Below, one piece after another: positions 13,601 to 26,900 of a DNA stretch of 64,000 nucleotides. A model generated the notes under the pieces. That model was not told the origin of the DNA. It was given only the letters and a program-made list of their open reading frames with translations, and made no database searches. Source of the stretch: Saccostrea cucullata (lineage: Eukaryota); NCBI RefSeq assembly GCF_032062105.1, contig NW_026923278.1, positions 62,001 through 126,000 of the forward strand. The letters are read 5' to 3'. Within the stretch, counting starts at the first letter, position 1; every line of letters starts with the position of its first letter. The translations under genes and the position numbers were made by a program.

Positions 13601-14615
13601 ACAGGGTCTAAAAAGGTAATATATCTAACAAAAACTCAATTAACTCCATTAATAACACGGCAGGCGTAATCTATACATTTTCTCGGCGGGCGTATTTTCC
13701 CCTGGCAGGCGTCGGCAGGCGTATTTTAGTGTTACCCACTTTTATGAGCTTGATTAGAAATTTTTCCTTGATCGTATCCATCGTGTTTATAGATTTATCC
13801 TTATATTTATACACTTGTAGTGTAGCTTTGACCAAAATTTGGGGACGCATCGACCAATATTTGGGGGCGCGCTTTGACCAAAATCAGGGGGTGCTTTGAC
13901 CAATATTTGGGGGCGCTTTGGAAACTTTGTTTTTCTATAAAAATATGTCAGGGGGCGCTTTGACCAGTACTTGGGGGCGCTTTGACCAAACCTCAAACGT
14001 TGTTTTTCTTTTAAAAAATATGTCAGGGGGCGCTTTGACCAAAATTTGGGGACGCATTGACCAATATTTGGGGGCAATTTGGAAACTTCGTTTTCTATAA
14101 AAATATGTCAGGGGGCGCTTTGACCAAAATTAGGGGGCGCTTTGACCAATATTTGGGGGCGCTTTGGAAACTTCGTTTTTTCTGTCAAAATATGTCAGGG
14201 GGCGCTTTGACCAACATCAGGGGGCGCTTTGACCAATATTTGGGGGCGCTTTGGAAACTTCGTTTTTCTATAAAAATATGTCAGGGGGCGCTTTGACCAA
14301 AATCAGGGGGCGCATTGACCAAAATTAGGGGGCGGTTTTGTAGTATCATATTTCTATAAAATATGTCAGGGGGCGCTTTGACCAAAATTTGGGGACATTT
14401 TGACCAAAATCATGGTACGTTTTGACCAAAATCAGGGCGCGCATTGACCAAAATTAGCGGGCGGTTTTGTACTATCATATTTCTATAAAATATGTCAGGG
14501 GGCGCTTTGACCAAAATTTGGGGACATTTTGACCAAAATCATGGTACGCTTTGACCAAAATCAGGGAACGCTTTGACCGGGACGGTTTTAATTGGGAACG
14601 CTTTGACTGGCTCCC
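10633..14615. mobile_element. Foldback-type DNA transposon with long TIRs built from ~21-22-bp tandem repeats; 8-bp TSD CTTTATGG
   Basis: Left arm ~10633-11160 (gcgccccctgattttggtcaaa)n; right arm ~13825-14615 is the reverse complement. ctttatgg occurs at 10625-10632 and 14616-14623. Confidence 0.85.
11319..13737. mobile_element. MULE-like non-autonomous element with 9-bp TSD ACTTTTATG, nested inside the foldback element
   Basis: TIRs ctaaaatacgcctgcc..ggggaaaatacgcctgccgagaaaa (~11323-11365) and the inverse (~13678-13737). acttttatg occurs at 11310-11318 and 13738-13746. Confidence 0.75.
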
Positions 14616-14619
14616 CTTT

Positions 14620-17600
14620 ATGGCACGCCGATTGGTTCAAAATTATTTTCTGCACAACGATCAAGATTTTATACACGAGCTAGATGAAAAATACACACGA
14701 GTAAAATAAAAATGCACGTATAGGTAAAAATTGCACATAGTTTGAAAGATTTTAACACAAACACAACGAAAAATACACGAATCCGAAATTTTTTACACGA
14801 TTTAGGGGTATAATATGCACAAACAAAAAATCTGAAATGGAAACTAAAAATTACACAAACAATTTTACTGCGCATACAGCTGCGCATATCATTATTATGC
14901 ACATAGAATATTCATCGTGTTCTTGGTTTTCTGTACTCTTTATCTCTTCAATCATGTATACTTAGCTGGATGTAATCGAGAATGGAAATTAAATGGCGTT
15001 GACGATGGCATGTGCTTTACTTTGCTTTTTTATTTCTTTGCTAAACCTCGATCCGATTTCTAGCTAATGTCAACCGAACAAATGAAGTGTTTTCATGTGA
15101 TCTATATATGTGAGAATACTTCAAAGTTTTTCAAAATATTACGTTTTTCTTGTATTGACCGAGATCCGAACTAATACATATGGAAGTATTATTTGATGAC
15201 AAAAATTGTGACAAGAAGGAATCGTATAATGCGAGGTAAAAAACAACAACATTGCATATGATGCTCTCGACTCCGAACTAAAAGTACCAAACGATAAACA
15301 GTGCGGCTGAATAGGATCTTGATTTTCTAAAAAAAAAAAAAAAATTGTTAGAATTATTATTTTTTTGTTTTTTATTTAAATAAACTCTCTATAGCTTTTG
15401 AAAATTTCTAATTTATAGATACAATTTTAACGGAAATTACTTGTATAAATATAAAATTAACACTTGCATAATCAAACGATTAATAAAGTTGATTATTCAT
15501 GAAATTGGCAGAATTATTGCTGATTATAATCATTAAGCTGTAGAATTAATTTTGGTACTCTTCATTTGTACCTATTTTATTTCCTTTACCACTCGGAATA
15601 GGAAATTATATATACCTTTATTCATTTTATTGGATATATATTTTTTAACTTAAAAAAACTTGGTATTACCTTAGATGTACACAGCATGTATTTAGATCTA
15701 ACGTCAAACATAAAAAAATATTTTATTCTAATAACACATGTATCCATACTTATAAAATATCAGGTCTGAGGATATCAGTTTTGGTTGGAAATCTTCAGCA
15801 TACTTTGTTATGAATTCCTTCCATGAAATCTCATATTTTCAGTTATAAGCTACTCAATAAAAACAAGACATTTCTTGTAAGCGTTATCCTCATTCGTAAT
15901 GGCGATTGCATGATAAATGTTTTCATTTTAATAAAAAGGACCAGATGAAAGGAGAATATATATACTCTATGTGCTTTATGTACATGCGCTTTTGTGTTTT
16001 GTTACTTTTAAAACATTGTGATTTACTAAGTACATCTATGCTTACAATGTTACAAATAGAAAGCAATAAAAAAATTTAGAATGGATACAGCAGTGTAATA
16101 GAACGTGTTTTATCACTCTTGAAAAATGCAAATAATTTATGTTCTTTATGGAGCTCGATGTGTGGCAACTATTTTCCAAGACAACAAATTCTGTTTACAT
16201 TTCAAATTCGACTTCATGATTTTTAAAATTATTTTCCAAACACTAAGTTTCTTGTAAGATTACTTTTTTTTACCCAAATACATGTAAATGGCCATTATGA
16301 AAAAAAGAACATGATTATACACATGTACTTGTATTATTATGAAACGAAATTAATCGTCAATCAGGCCTGTAGACCCCCCCCCCCATCCCCCCTCATTTTC
16401 GAGTATAGATTTTGCTATAGTAAATTTTCCTTTACATGCTGGTTGACCCCAACCCCCAATTTTTAACTGTTGTTAGGTCGAGCGCAGGCAAATCCCAGGA
16501 TATCGTACATGTACCCTTAAATTCTTAAAAATATATTTCAGGTACGTAGCATCAGAAGGGACCTACCCCCCCCCCCACCCCCTTCGTTTTTTTTTTTTTG
16601 TTGTTGTTATTTTTGTGCAAACAGAATCTACTTCCATTGTAAAATTTCAACTGAAAAGCCCCCTTTTTGTTGCTGGATTGGAATTGAAGGTGCCTCGATC
16701 ACTACCTCAACGAAATAGGATTTTCGAGATTGGACGCTTTACCTTTTTTCTGCTTGTTAATTAGAATGTTTAGGAATAATTTGCCCCCCCCCCCCTCCAC
16801 ACTTTAAAAGGCGATACTAAATGTGTATCAGCATAATATAATTTTAAATTGTTTAACTCCTTTATATGCATCTTACCTATTCAAAATAATCTACAGTAGA
16901 AAAACAGAAATTCACATAAGTAAAACACTATAATTTTATACTACGAGTTATTTTTTAAAAAAATGATGTATTCGTTTAATATTAAAATTAAAGTTGCGCA
17001 ATTATTTGCTCGTTTTTTTTTTTTGTTTTTTTTTTACTGTTTACTTCTAAAAATGTATCGGGCAAATTCCACAACCCAGATGGCAGCAACATTGCTAAAA
17101 AATCTCTGAATGAATTGCTAGTAACCTTCAATCAAAAGTATTATTGATGCGTCAAATAACTATAAATCGATTAGCGTACAGGTGTCTTTCATTCCAGCAC
17201 CAGCAGGAATCTCTCGATATGAAAAGGTCACACATCCACAACCTTAATTATTACCAGAGTACACACAGTGGGTGATGGAGGAAAAGAGTTTCATTTGTTG
17301 TTAACTCTCCTGTATTACCTCACGCTGTTTTTATTTATTTACCTTTACTATGATATTATCATCGTTTTGAACTTTCAAAAGATATTGCTGTTTAGAGGAA
17401 TGACATAAAAAATCTAACAATTAAACACGCAACTGATAATATATATGCACCCCCCCTTTTAAGTTTTCTATACCTGACTGTGTAGAATGTTTTTAATAGA
17501 GGGGTGTTAATTTATATGCATATTGTGTACCTGTCAATTTTTAAATGTATAAAACACAATGTGCGTATTCTTGAGAGTCTAGCGTAATTCTGAAAGACAA

Positions 17601-17933
17601 TCTTTTTTTACTCATCATCTTTTTATAACGTTTCAAGCATCCAAGCCACACTGAGCTGTTCTCTAATGAATATTAATGAAATGTGCGCAATGAGGATGCG
17701 CCGTATATTATGTCGATGTTGTATTCTCACTTGTGCAGTTTTCGTTTTTACGTTTGTGTAATTTTCTCATTATATCGTGTAAATATTTTCTTGATTGTGT
17801 AGTTTTTGTATAGTTTGTGTAAATTTCAATAACTTTGTAGGTATTTTCCGCACTTTGTGTAAGTTTTGACTTGCTCGTGTAATTTTTGTTTAAGGTCGTG
17901 CAGAAAATGTTTTTGAACCAATCGGCGTGCCAT
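14620..17933. mobile_element. 3.3-kb non-autonomous TIR element (ATGGCACGCCGATTGGTTCAAAA termini)
   Basis: ~36-bp TIRs at 14620-14657 and 17898-17933, with subterminal acacga/tcgtgt repeats. Near-perfect 8-bp TSD ctatcttt (10621-10628) / atatcttt (17934-17941). No transposase ORF. Confidence 0.8.
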
Positions 17934-19079
17934 ATATCTTTTCTCTTTGAAAAGTTATGACGAATTTAAATTAATGTTAAATTTTTTTGAAAAGTATGTC
18001 AAAATTCAAGGTCAAGGTCACAGGATCAAAAACAACAATAGTATATTTGGACAGACCATTTAACAGAAAATGAAATTTGAAAGTTTTATCTCTCATCATT
18101 CAAAAGTTATAGCCAAGGGTAAAATTCTTGTGACAGGTGGACAGACATATATTGGAGCTTATACTGATTTGTGATGATCAGGGATGATTCTAGATGGTGA
18201 TTGAAAACTATGTAGTGCAGAGAAGAATACATTTTGCCTATAGCTAAAGAGAATCAGATATTTTAAAATCGCTGTCTCTTCATTGAAGTTGAGTGGGAAA
18301 AGGAGGCAAAAGAAAAAAAAATTAGTGCAGGCCTTTACTTCCCTTTCGTACTTTAAAGTTAACTTTTTAATTTAAAGCAAAGCTTGGAAATAAATAGATG
18401 ATCTAGCAATTAAGATTAATTGAGACAACTGAATGGAACTTTAATTTAGTCATTCTGAGAAATTTGAGACGAAAGTGATTGAAAGTCATAAAGGATTGAG
18501 ACAAATATGAAACAGAAACGAATATAACCATAATGCGTGAAGAGATCGTCGAGATAACAAATACGGATCTGGAGTCAGAAGTACTGAGTACCATGGGCTG
18601 AACTTGAAAGCGAAATACCGAGGTGGTAGCAACTGGTCATTCTACGCCAAAACTAAGTGACCAGAAAACCACAGATTCAGGGGTTGAGGTGAAGACTCTC
18701 GGAATCAAGATCAAGAACTGGAAAGCATTTAATTTCTTTAAATATTTACGAAGAAAATTACAAATGGACAAAAGAAGAATAGAAAGAATACTTGACACCC
18801 GCGATGCTATAGGCTCAAGTCAAACGAGCAAAACCAAAGGATGAGATGATTGATTTGAGAACACATTTAGTGAAATACTGAAAACACCTGATCGGCAAGT
18901 ACAAGACGAGTATTGATATCAATGGAAATGGGTTTTGGTGAATACAAGTCAAATATAACTTAATGGAAGCGACGGATCAATCACAGGTACCTGACGATAC
19001 TTATTTTTCTTAAATAAAAAAATATACCCCCTACTTACTTAATTAATAAATTTATTATTAGGTATGTGTATATTTTTTG

Positions 19080-19560
19080 TATAAAAAGAAAAATAACTAA
19101 CGTCGAGTGCCTGTGAGATCAGTATCAAGGCGCAAATATATGATACAATAGCTCCGACATTTGGGAACGCAGCAGCCCATTTAGTGGAAGAAGACCAGAT
19201 ACATGTATAGAGCTTGCTGCATGCAATGGAAACTGCTCATACCTGAAATATAAATCTCACTTTAATATGTACACTACACAATGCTTTGGAAAATCGGAAC
19301 AAACTCTAGAAAGAGACATTCTTAGCTTTTTCATTGAGAGGACACGCAAATATATGCTTGGTAATATGTCCTGTGATGCTCTTATTGATTATGATGAACT
19401 ATCGGAGGAGTAAGGTGAAAGATTTGCACCTCAGAATAACTTTACCGAGCCCAGTTACAAGAACGTGATAGAAAGCATCAGAATCATACCCATCTTTAAA
19501 GTTCCAGTATCAAATGAATATGCAGTGGATGACATGTGTCACAGATACAAAAAGAATACG
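19080..19560 (+). pseudogene. Decayed Gypsy/Ty3 LTR-retrotransposon gag remnant (the element probably spans ~18400-23100)
   Basis: A frameshifted reading at ~19320-19490 gives FLAFSLRGHA..LGNM..DYDELSEE*GERFAPQNN/YRAQLQERDRK, resembling the invertebrate Gypsy gag pattern LAxSLRGxA..DYxxL..ERFAP..YRAQLxxR. Contains stops and frameshifts. Confidence 0.6.
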
Positions 19561-19571
19561 GAGTGATAGCT

Positions 19572-22050
19572 AAAGTATCAGTCTCATTATCCAGCGATGG
19601 GGTATAATGAGACACCGATGCGTTTTTTGATAAAAATGGCGTGATTGCCGGCTGGACACCTATAGTAATCGGACGGCGACTGAGGCCATTCGGCGAATCG
19701 TTGGGGGGTCATCGGTAGAAAATAAGTAGTAAAAATCAGTGATGTCTCCACCGATGCCCCACATCGCTCCTCATCGGCAACCCATCATTAACACATCTTT
19801 CAAGGATTGGCCGATGTATGGCTGAGCATCGTCGTGTCCGTTGAATCTGAGGTCATCGGGGTGTTGAGTGGTGGGCAACAGATTTCGGCCGATCAATGGT
19901 CGATGTTCGACCAAACATTGGCCCATAGTCGACCGACGTACGAACGATGTTCACCAATGTATGAGCGATGTAATACATATCGGTCGATTACCCTGGAACA
20001 TCGTTTTATGATTATCAATGCATCGCTGGGCCTTTGTAAGTCCGGTCGGCAACCATGCCATTTTTATCAAAAAACGCATTGGTTGCCCATCGTATACCCC
20101 ATCGCTGGATAATGTGACTGATACTATAAGGACTACTAAGCCGATGTGAACCGATGTTAGGGCATCGCTCACACCACAGAATCCTTGAAAGATGTGTTAA
20201 TGATGGGTTGCCGATGAGGAGCGATGTGGGACATCGGTGGAGACATCGCTGATTTTTAACTACAACTCATTTTCTACCGATGACCCCCACCGATTCGCCA
20301 AATGGCCTCAGTCACCGTCCGACGAATATATTCTTCCTATGATGTTTACTAGCAACAATTCCTGAACTGATGCGTTTGCCTCATCTTCTTCTTTCTTTCA
20401 TTTAGGATTAAACTAGTTGCAACGTTCACATGGGCGTCGACTTAGAGAATAGATGGCATCTGTTTGGTTTTTTTTAATGGTAAAAGATGTCCATGAAAGT
20501 AGTATCTATAGTTCTAAATGAATATTACGATGAGCTCTTTCGTTGTGACAAAGTAATCACCTTCTGACTTTGTCAGTAATGCCTAGGTCACATTTCCCGG
20601 CCGGAAGCCGTAGACCGGTGGTAATCGATGTTAATCCGTGGTGTTAATGATGCCCCAACGTCGGTCCACATCGGCCTAGTAGTCCTTAAACTATCAGTCA
20701 CATTATCCAGCGATGGGTATACGATGGGCAACCAATGCGTTTTTGGATAGAAATGGTGTGGCTGCCGGCCGGACATACAAAGGCCCTGCAATGCATTGCT
20801 AATCATAAAACGATGTTCCAGGATAAAGTATAAGTCACATTATCCAGCGATGGGGTATACGATGAGAAACCGATGAGTTTTTTGATGAAAATGGCATGAT
20901 TGCCGGCCGGGCACCACTAGAGATCGGACGGTGACTGAGGCCATTTTGCGAATCGGTGGGGTCATCGGTAGGAAATAATTCGTAGTTAAAATTCAGCGAT
21001 GTCTCCAACGATGCCTCACATCGCTCCTCATCGGTAACCCATCATTAACACATCTTTCAAGGATCGGCCGATGTATGGCCGAGCATCGTCCAATATCCGT
21101 TGAATTAGAGGTCATCGGGGGGTTGAGTGGTGTTCAACAGATAACTGCCGATCACCGGTCGATTTTCGACCAAACATTGGCCCGCAGTCGACCGATGTAC
21201 GAACGATGTTCACCAATGTATGAGCGATGTAATATACATCGGCCGATTATCCTGGAACATCGTTTTATGATTAGCAATGCATCGCTGGGCCTTTGTAAGT
21301 CCGACCGGCAACCACGCCATTTTTATCATAAAACACATTGGTTGCCCATCGTATACCCATCGCTGGATAATGTGACTGATACTTTAAGGACTACTAGACC
21401 GATGTGTACCGATGTTGGGGCATCGCTAACACCACGGATTACCAACGATTACCACCGGTCTACGGCTACCGGCCGGGAAATGTGACCTAGGCATAATCGG
21501 CTGATGCATATTATGTCGCTCATATATTAGTGAACATCTTTCATACATCGGTCGACTACGGGCCAATGTTTGGTCGAACATCGACCGGTGATCGGCAGTT
21601 GTCTGTTGAACACCACTCAACCCCCTGATGACCTCAGATTCAACGGATATTGGACGATGCTCGGCCATCCATCGGCCAATCCTTGAAAAATGTTTTAATG
21701 ATGGGTTGCCGATGAGGAGCGATGTGAGGCATCGTTGGAGACATCGCTGAATTTTAACTACGAATTATTTCCTACCGATGACCCCAACGATTCGCAAAAT
21801 GGCCTCAGTCACCGTCCGATCACTAGTGGTGCCCGGCCGGCAACCACGCCATTTTCATAAAAAAACGCATCGGTTTTTCATCGTATACCCCATCGCTGGA
21901 TAATGTGACTGATACTTAAGTAACTTACTTTATGCTTTAAGTATCAGTCACATTATCCAGCGATGGGGTATACGATGAGAAACCGATGCGGTTTTTTTTT
22001 TATAAAAATGGCGTGGTTGCCGGCCGGACGCCTATAGTAATCACTCAGTG
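19572..22050. mobile_element. Cluster of nested and inverted PIF/Harbinger-type MITE copies forming multiple long palindromes
   Basis: TIR AGTATCAGTCACATTATCCAGCGATGGGG, or its inverse, at ~19574, 20097-20127, 20690-20720, 20833, 21357-21386, 21890-21917 and 21940. A second TIR pair TGCCTAGGTCACATTTCCCGGCCGG at 20580 and 21493 is flanked by TAA on both sides. Confidence 0.7.
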
Positions 22051-23906
22051 ATTTTCAGAAGAATAATAAAGATATTTCAACATATGAACAGACTAGAGGG
22101 TAAGAAGAAATAGAGACCAGGAGACCTAAATTCTGGAAGAAGCATGATAATGAATCAGTTAATTATTCTGGAAAAGTTTTAATTCTAAGACTCTCTTTGC
22201 CGAAGTAAAAATCATCCTCCGTAGTGGATGGACAGCCTGATTAAATAAAAACTTTGAATCACTCTGAAAATCTGTATAGCGAATGTCATCAGATCGGTGG
22301 TGGGAAATGATTACTTAGTACATGCATTTATATCAAAGCAGTCTGAAAAATACATGTAATATCAAAAGAAATACAATGTCTCTTATCAAATCGAAAAGAA
22401 AGACAACTTGGAGAAAAGAAAAGAGGTCTCCCCAATGGACACTCTTAATACCCTGGATTTGAAAGAGCTGAAGAGAAACTGCGTGGAATATGTTGACTAA
22501 AAAAGGCTTGAAAAGAGATATCGGTGTGATTTATTTAATTTTTCATCGAACACGAATGTTAATCTGATAAGGCATATAAAGAGACATACTAGTATATGAG
22601 AAAATAACATCAAGAAATGCTCAGATGATAGAAATTTTGACACTTGTAGTATTCAGACCTTGTCAGAAGACTTTTGCAGTAGTGAATCTCCTTCAGAAGA
22701 TTTTTATTGCGAAGAAAAAGAGCATGACACTCCCAAAGAACAAAAATGTACGCACTGTGTTAAGGAATCCCAAGGATACCAAGTTGAGATGTCAGAAGAG
22801 AAGAACATTGAAAGGCTTGAGAAAACCAAGGGAACCTACTCTTGTTCATGTACCAAAAACGGAGGATGCAGTCAGCATTTAAGAAACCTTTAAGTCGGTA
22901 CGGCAGATTGTGCTACCACCAAAGGTTCCCAGAACAAACCAGATGGCAAAAAAATTTAACTTTGAAGTCCGTACATTGAGTCATTGAAACAAGAGAGCCT
23001 CCATATATGAAAAAAAACGTTAGTGTAAAGACGTTCTTCTCTAGGAAGAAAACTTGCTTGGATCAAAGCAAAATCTAAAGAGGCAGACTAAGATAGATAG
23101 AGACTTAGAATAATACAGTATAGGTTTTCAAAGAATATGTAATTAATACTCCCAGGAACATATTTGAGGTAAAGTACATTGGTCAATAAATATTTTTGAA
23201 TATATTCGATACATGCGTTAGCTTCATATTACAAACGTATATGTACGAGGAACAGTGAAATTTTGCATTGAATTTGAGAAGAATTCCGGAATTTTCTGTT
23301 TATAAATGTTTTTTTTTTAATTCAAGTACCATACAAAATCTCCCAAGTTCTGAAAAAAAAGTGTTTTTACACAATTCCTACTCATTTATGTATCATCGTA
23401 TTCTATCCAAAAAAAAATAAATTCTGAAATCAGAAAAAATGCACATCTTTTTATCTGTTTTCAATGGGATCCGTGTTTTTGTCCTGTTAAGGAAGGGTAT
23501 TGTTTTAGTATCTGTGATATTACTTGTTTGTCCTTTAAGTTAACTCCTCTTATTATAAGAATACTTTATTTATAACTAATTAAAAATTTGTATATTTATT
23601 GTTGAATCTTTGATAAAGCCATAAAGTATTAAGCTCGGAATTGTTTTGCGTTGAAGGGATTATAGTGAGAAATTTATTGATTCCAATGAACATTGTCAAC
23701 GTATCATTGTTATGACATGCAATGTTTTCTTTCTGCAGGTACAAATTTAATATTGAGATGGGAGAGCAGTGATCATCATTAATCTCAGGGAGCACAATGC
23801 CTAGGTGATCTATTGATTTCTGGGAAAATTCCTCAGCAGCATTTCCCCACTTGCATTATGTAAGAAATCTGCAGTAGCAAATGTGAGTAGTTTTTCTCCC
23901 CCCAAG

Positions 23907-26900
23907 ATGAGTGACGTTCCCGAAGCCTCGTCATCTTCACTTGACAAAGATGACAAATTTTCACAAGATGGCTGCCCAATACCAGCAGACGACAATCACT
24001 TGTTGACGTCTGCGGACAAAGAGTCCATCAAAATCACCCGAAAGTATGTGCCTGTCCTGACCATGCCGAAGAAGACATGCTTTACAGACAGACTGAGAAA
24101 TGTGTACCTCGTTTTTGGTTGTCTTCTGTTTTTTGTGTCTCTGATCTTAATGGTGGCGGGAACCATCAGAGTCCACCAGTGTAACAAGGAAGGCGAGGTA
24201 AGATTGTCAAATGCTTTAATTAATTAATTAATTAACGATCATCAATGATAAAACAATAAAATTGAAGAAATTCAATTCCATTATAACCAACACATATCTT
24301 AAACAAATGGAAACTTTTGAAGTGGTGCATTTTGTGAAGAAGTTTCATAAAAAAAAAGTTCATAACAACAAAAATAGACACCGTAGAATTGCTAGCATTC
24401 ATTGCACAGACATATTATGATATACATTTACTTTGGCAAAAGAAAAATAATATTTTCACAACATTGAAATTCTTGGCATACGATGACTGTAGCTTTTTTT
24501 TTTATATACTTATTGATTTCAGATGGCTTGGAGTGAGCGCTTCATAGAGGAAAATGTTGGTAAGTTATCAGTGAACACCTTCCGCTTCTAATGGCGACTA
24601 ATTGTCACGTCCCGAAGGTAGATTTTTTTGTCTATCGTTTATGGAACGTTGTTTTAGTTATAATTGCCATTTAGTAATATAACCAAAGCAGAAAGGTGAT
24701 ATCACTTATTCGGTGTTCAATTAATGTCACCATATCACCAGCCGTAAACACACCTTTCTCATCAACCGATTCGCGAAATCGTATAACAGTACTGAGTTAA
24801 GTACATGTGGAGCAAAACCTGTATAATTGCAAGTTAAGAGCGATGCACTTCGTCAAACTGGCCGCAAAAAAGAAGCATTAAGTGTATTTTCAGGAAGAAA
24901 GCAAGTTGTTTCAAAATACCGGTGTAAAAGTCTTGATATTTTTATTTCAAAACTCTATACAAAGCAAAAACAAAAAAAACCCAGAAATAATACATACAAC
25001 TTTTTTTAAAATAAGAAATTCATTCATAAATTGAAAATCATTGATATATGATATGTATTATCATTATCATTCGAAAAAGGAGACCGTCACTATAGAACAG
25101 TTAGTAGAGCAGTCGTTCTGTGATTGGAAGGTCTTGGGTTCGAATCCCGTCTGCGATTGGTCTAAGTCGATAAAAATAGGTCAGTACCTTTCTCTTCCAC
25201 TATGAAGTGAAAGTTGTAGGATCCTCGGATGGCCTCATGTCACGGTAGGATTGACACGATAAAGATTCTTAACTGGTCAATGGTCCTGAGTACCCATCAC
25301 AGGCGTATGGTTAATTCTCTATAGGAGTGAAAAATTCTCTATAGGAGTGAAAAAAAGTGAAAAATGGGACATAAAACAATATACAATTAATCAACAATCA
25401 GAAAAAGAAATACTCGTAATCTTCAAGTGACCAAAAAAAAAAAAAAAGGTTAAAATTTCTACTTGCCAAAACCCTGATCTTTGTGCTTATGGTGACACCC
25501 ATAATATCTGATGTCCATGCTGCACATAATTTAACCATTTTTAATTTTTTTTTTCCTTTCACAGTCTTGTTCTGAGAGTATCTCTTGTTACCCCATTTTA
25601 TAAACTAATGAATATCGAGTAAGAAATGAAAATAAAATTGAAACATGATAACAATACTGAAAATATTAAAGCAAGTATTAATAAATTCACCCATAAAACT
25701 ATTATTAGGAAATTATTCTATTGGACCAATAAAAAAAATATGACATATCATTTTCCACTGATAAAAAGGCAGCGCGAAATCTACTCAAATATCATTTCTG
25801 CTGAAGCAAGTATTTTTTACAACCACTCTGATTGAATTAATATTTTCTCCCTCGATTAAATTTTTTTAAAAAATCGATTATTATGTGTGTATTTTTTTTT
25901 TTTACATTTGGTTATTAAGTAATTGTACAAAGCGTATCGGTAAATTGCACACAGAACTTTATTTCATTTAGGTAATTTAAGGTAATAACTGGTTTCTTTT
26001 GTTATAAAAGAATTGCCAAGAAGATCTTTATGCCATGCTCTGCAATATTAAGTGATTTACTTAATAAATATATAAATATACAGGCTTATTAGACTGAATT
26101 GTTTCCCACTTCTTGAGCAATAAAGAACTTTAAAAGTATATCAATAAGTTTTTATGATTCCTTTGATTGGGATTTTTTCCTTCATGCCGAGCTTTGACTA
26201 TCTGTAAAGTTTCATCTACAAGATGCAAGCATTTATAAACAGATTCTTGACATTAAAATGATTAAACATCTTATTAATTTATTGGGGGGAAAGGTCCTTA
26301 AATATGATTAATGAGGAAAAGAATAACATTAAACTTACCTGCAAATTAAAGGAAATTTTAGTAAGAGTTTATTGAGTTTATATCTGGACTATACTTAACT
26401 TAACTATGCAGCCTATTTTTTCTCTTTGGAATCGTTCACGTACTATCATGTAAAGCAAGATGATTTTCTGAATGCAGATCACTTCGTCGCCACGAATAAC
26501 TTTGCCCTTGAGAAACCAACAAAACAAAGTTCTGACCACGCGTTCGGAACCAGAGGTTACTCGGAGTTTGCCGTGGATGGCGACATCACAACGTGCTCCC
26601 AAACAGGTAACGCTGAGAAAATGGCCATCAAAACTCCAGTAAAACAGGTAAAATAGGTAACTTGTCAAAGGATAACAAAGTTAATTTAAAGTACAATGGC
26701 CACTGTTAAACTGGTCTTGCAGAATGAAAAAGTAAATATGTAAGGAGTTTTCTAAACATCTCAACACTTTCAGCCCATCATTTCGGGCGGTATCTCTATT
26801 GTCTATATCTATTAATTGGAGTTTGGATGTAAAATAAGATTATTTTTATCCCTAATTTTAATATTCTTTAATTAATTGTAGATGAGGAGATATGGCCATG

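Larger units (their letters stand above)
10037..18150 (+). mobile_element. HINE/satellite-bearing element split by nested insertions (pieces ~10037-10628 and ~17934-18150)
   Basis: The monomer atatgaaagcccc..aaaagtt..tttttgaaaagta.gt.aaa.ttcaaggtcaagg is broken at 10628 and resumes in register at ~17942. Confidence 0.65.

Noticed and set aside
13787-14296. Repetitive ORFs (MSGGALT.. / PKFWSK..)
   Set aside because: These are translations of the foldback tandem repeats, open on both strands, with no domain.
10640-14600. Short repeats with variable spacers resembling a CRISPR array
   Set aside because: The spacers are themselves repeated, the arrays are mirror images forming TIRs with a TSD, the context is eukaryotic, and there are no cas genes.
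19807-21668. Several similar 70-136-aa ORFs (..RPMYERC..HWLPIVYP..)
   Set aside because: They are by-products of GC-richer MITE copies in both orientations, with inconsistent starts and stops and no transposase motifs.
22625-22893. Cys-containing 77-85-aa ORFs
   Set aside because: They lie in decayed retroelement-like sequence, with no recognisable domain or splice context.
25090-25150. tRNA gene
   Set aside because: It has A/B boxes but no intact cloverleaf, and it continues into a SINE body shared with other copies.
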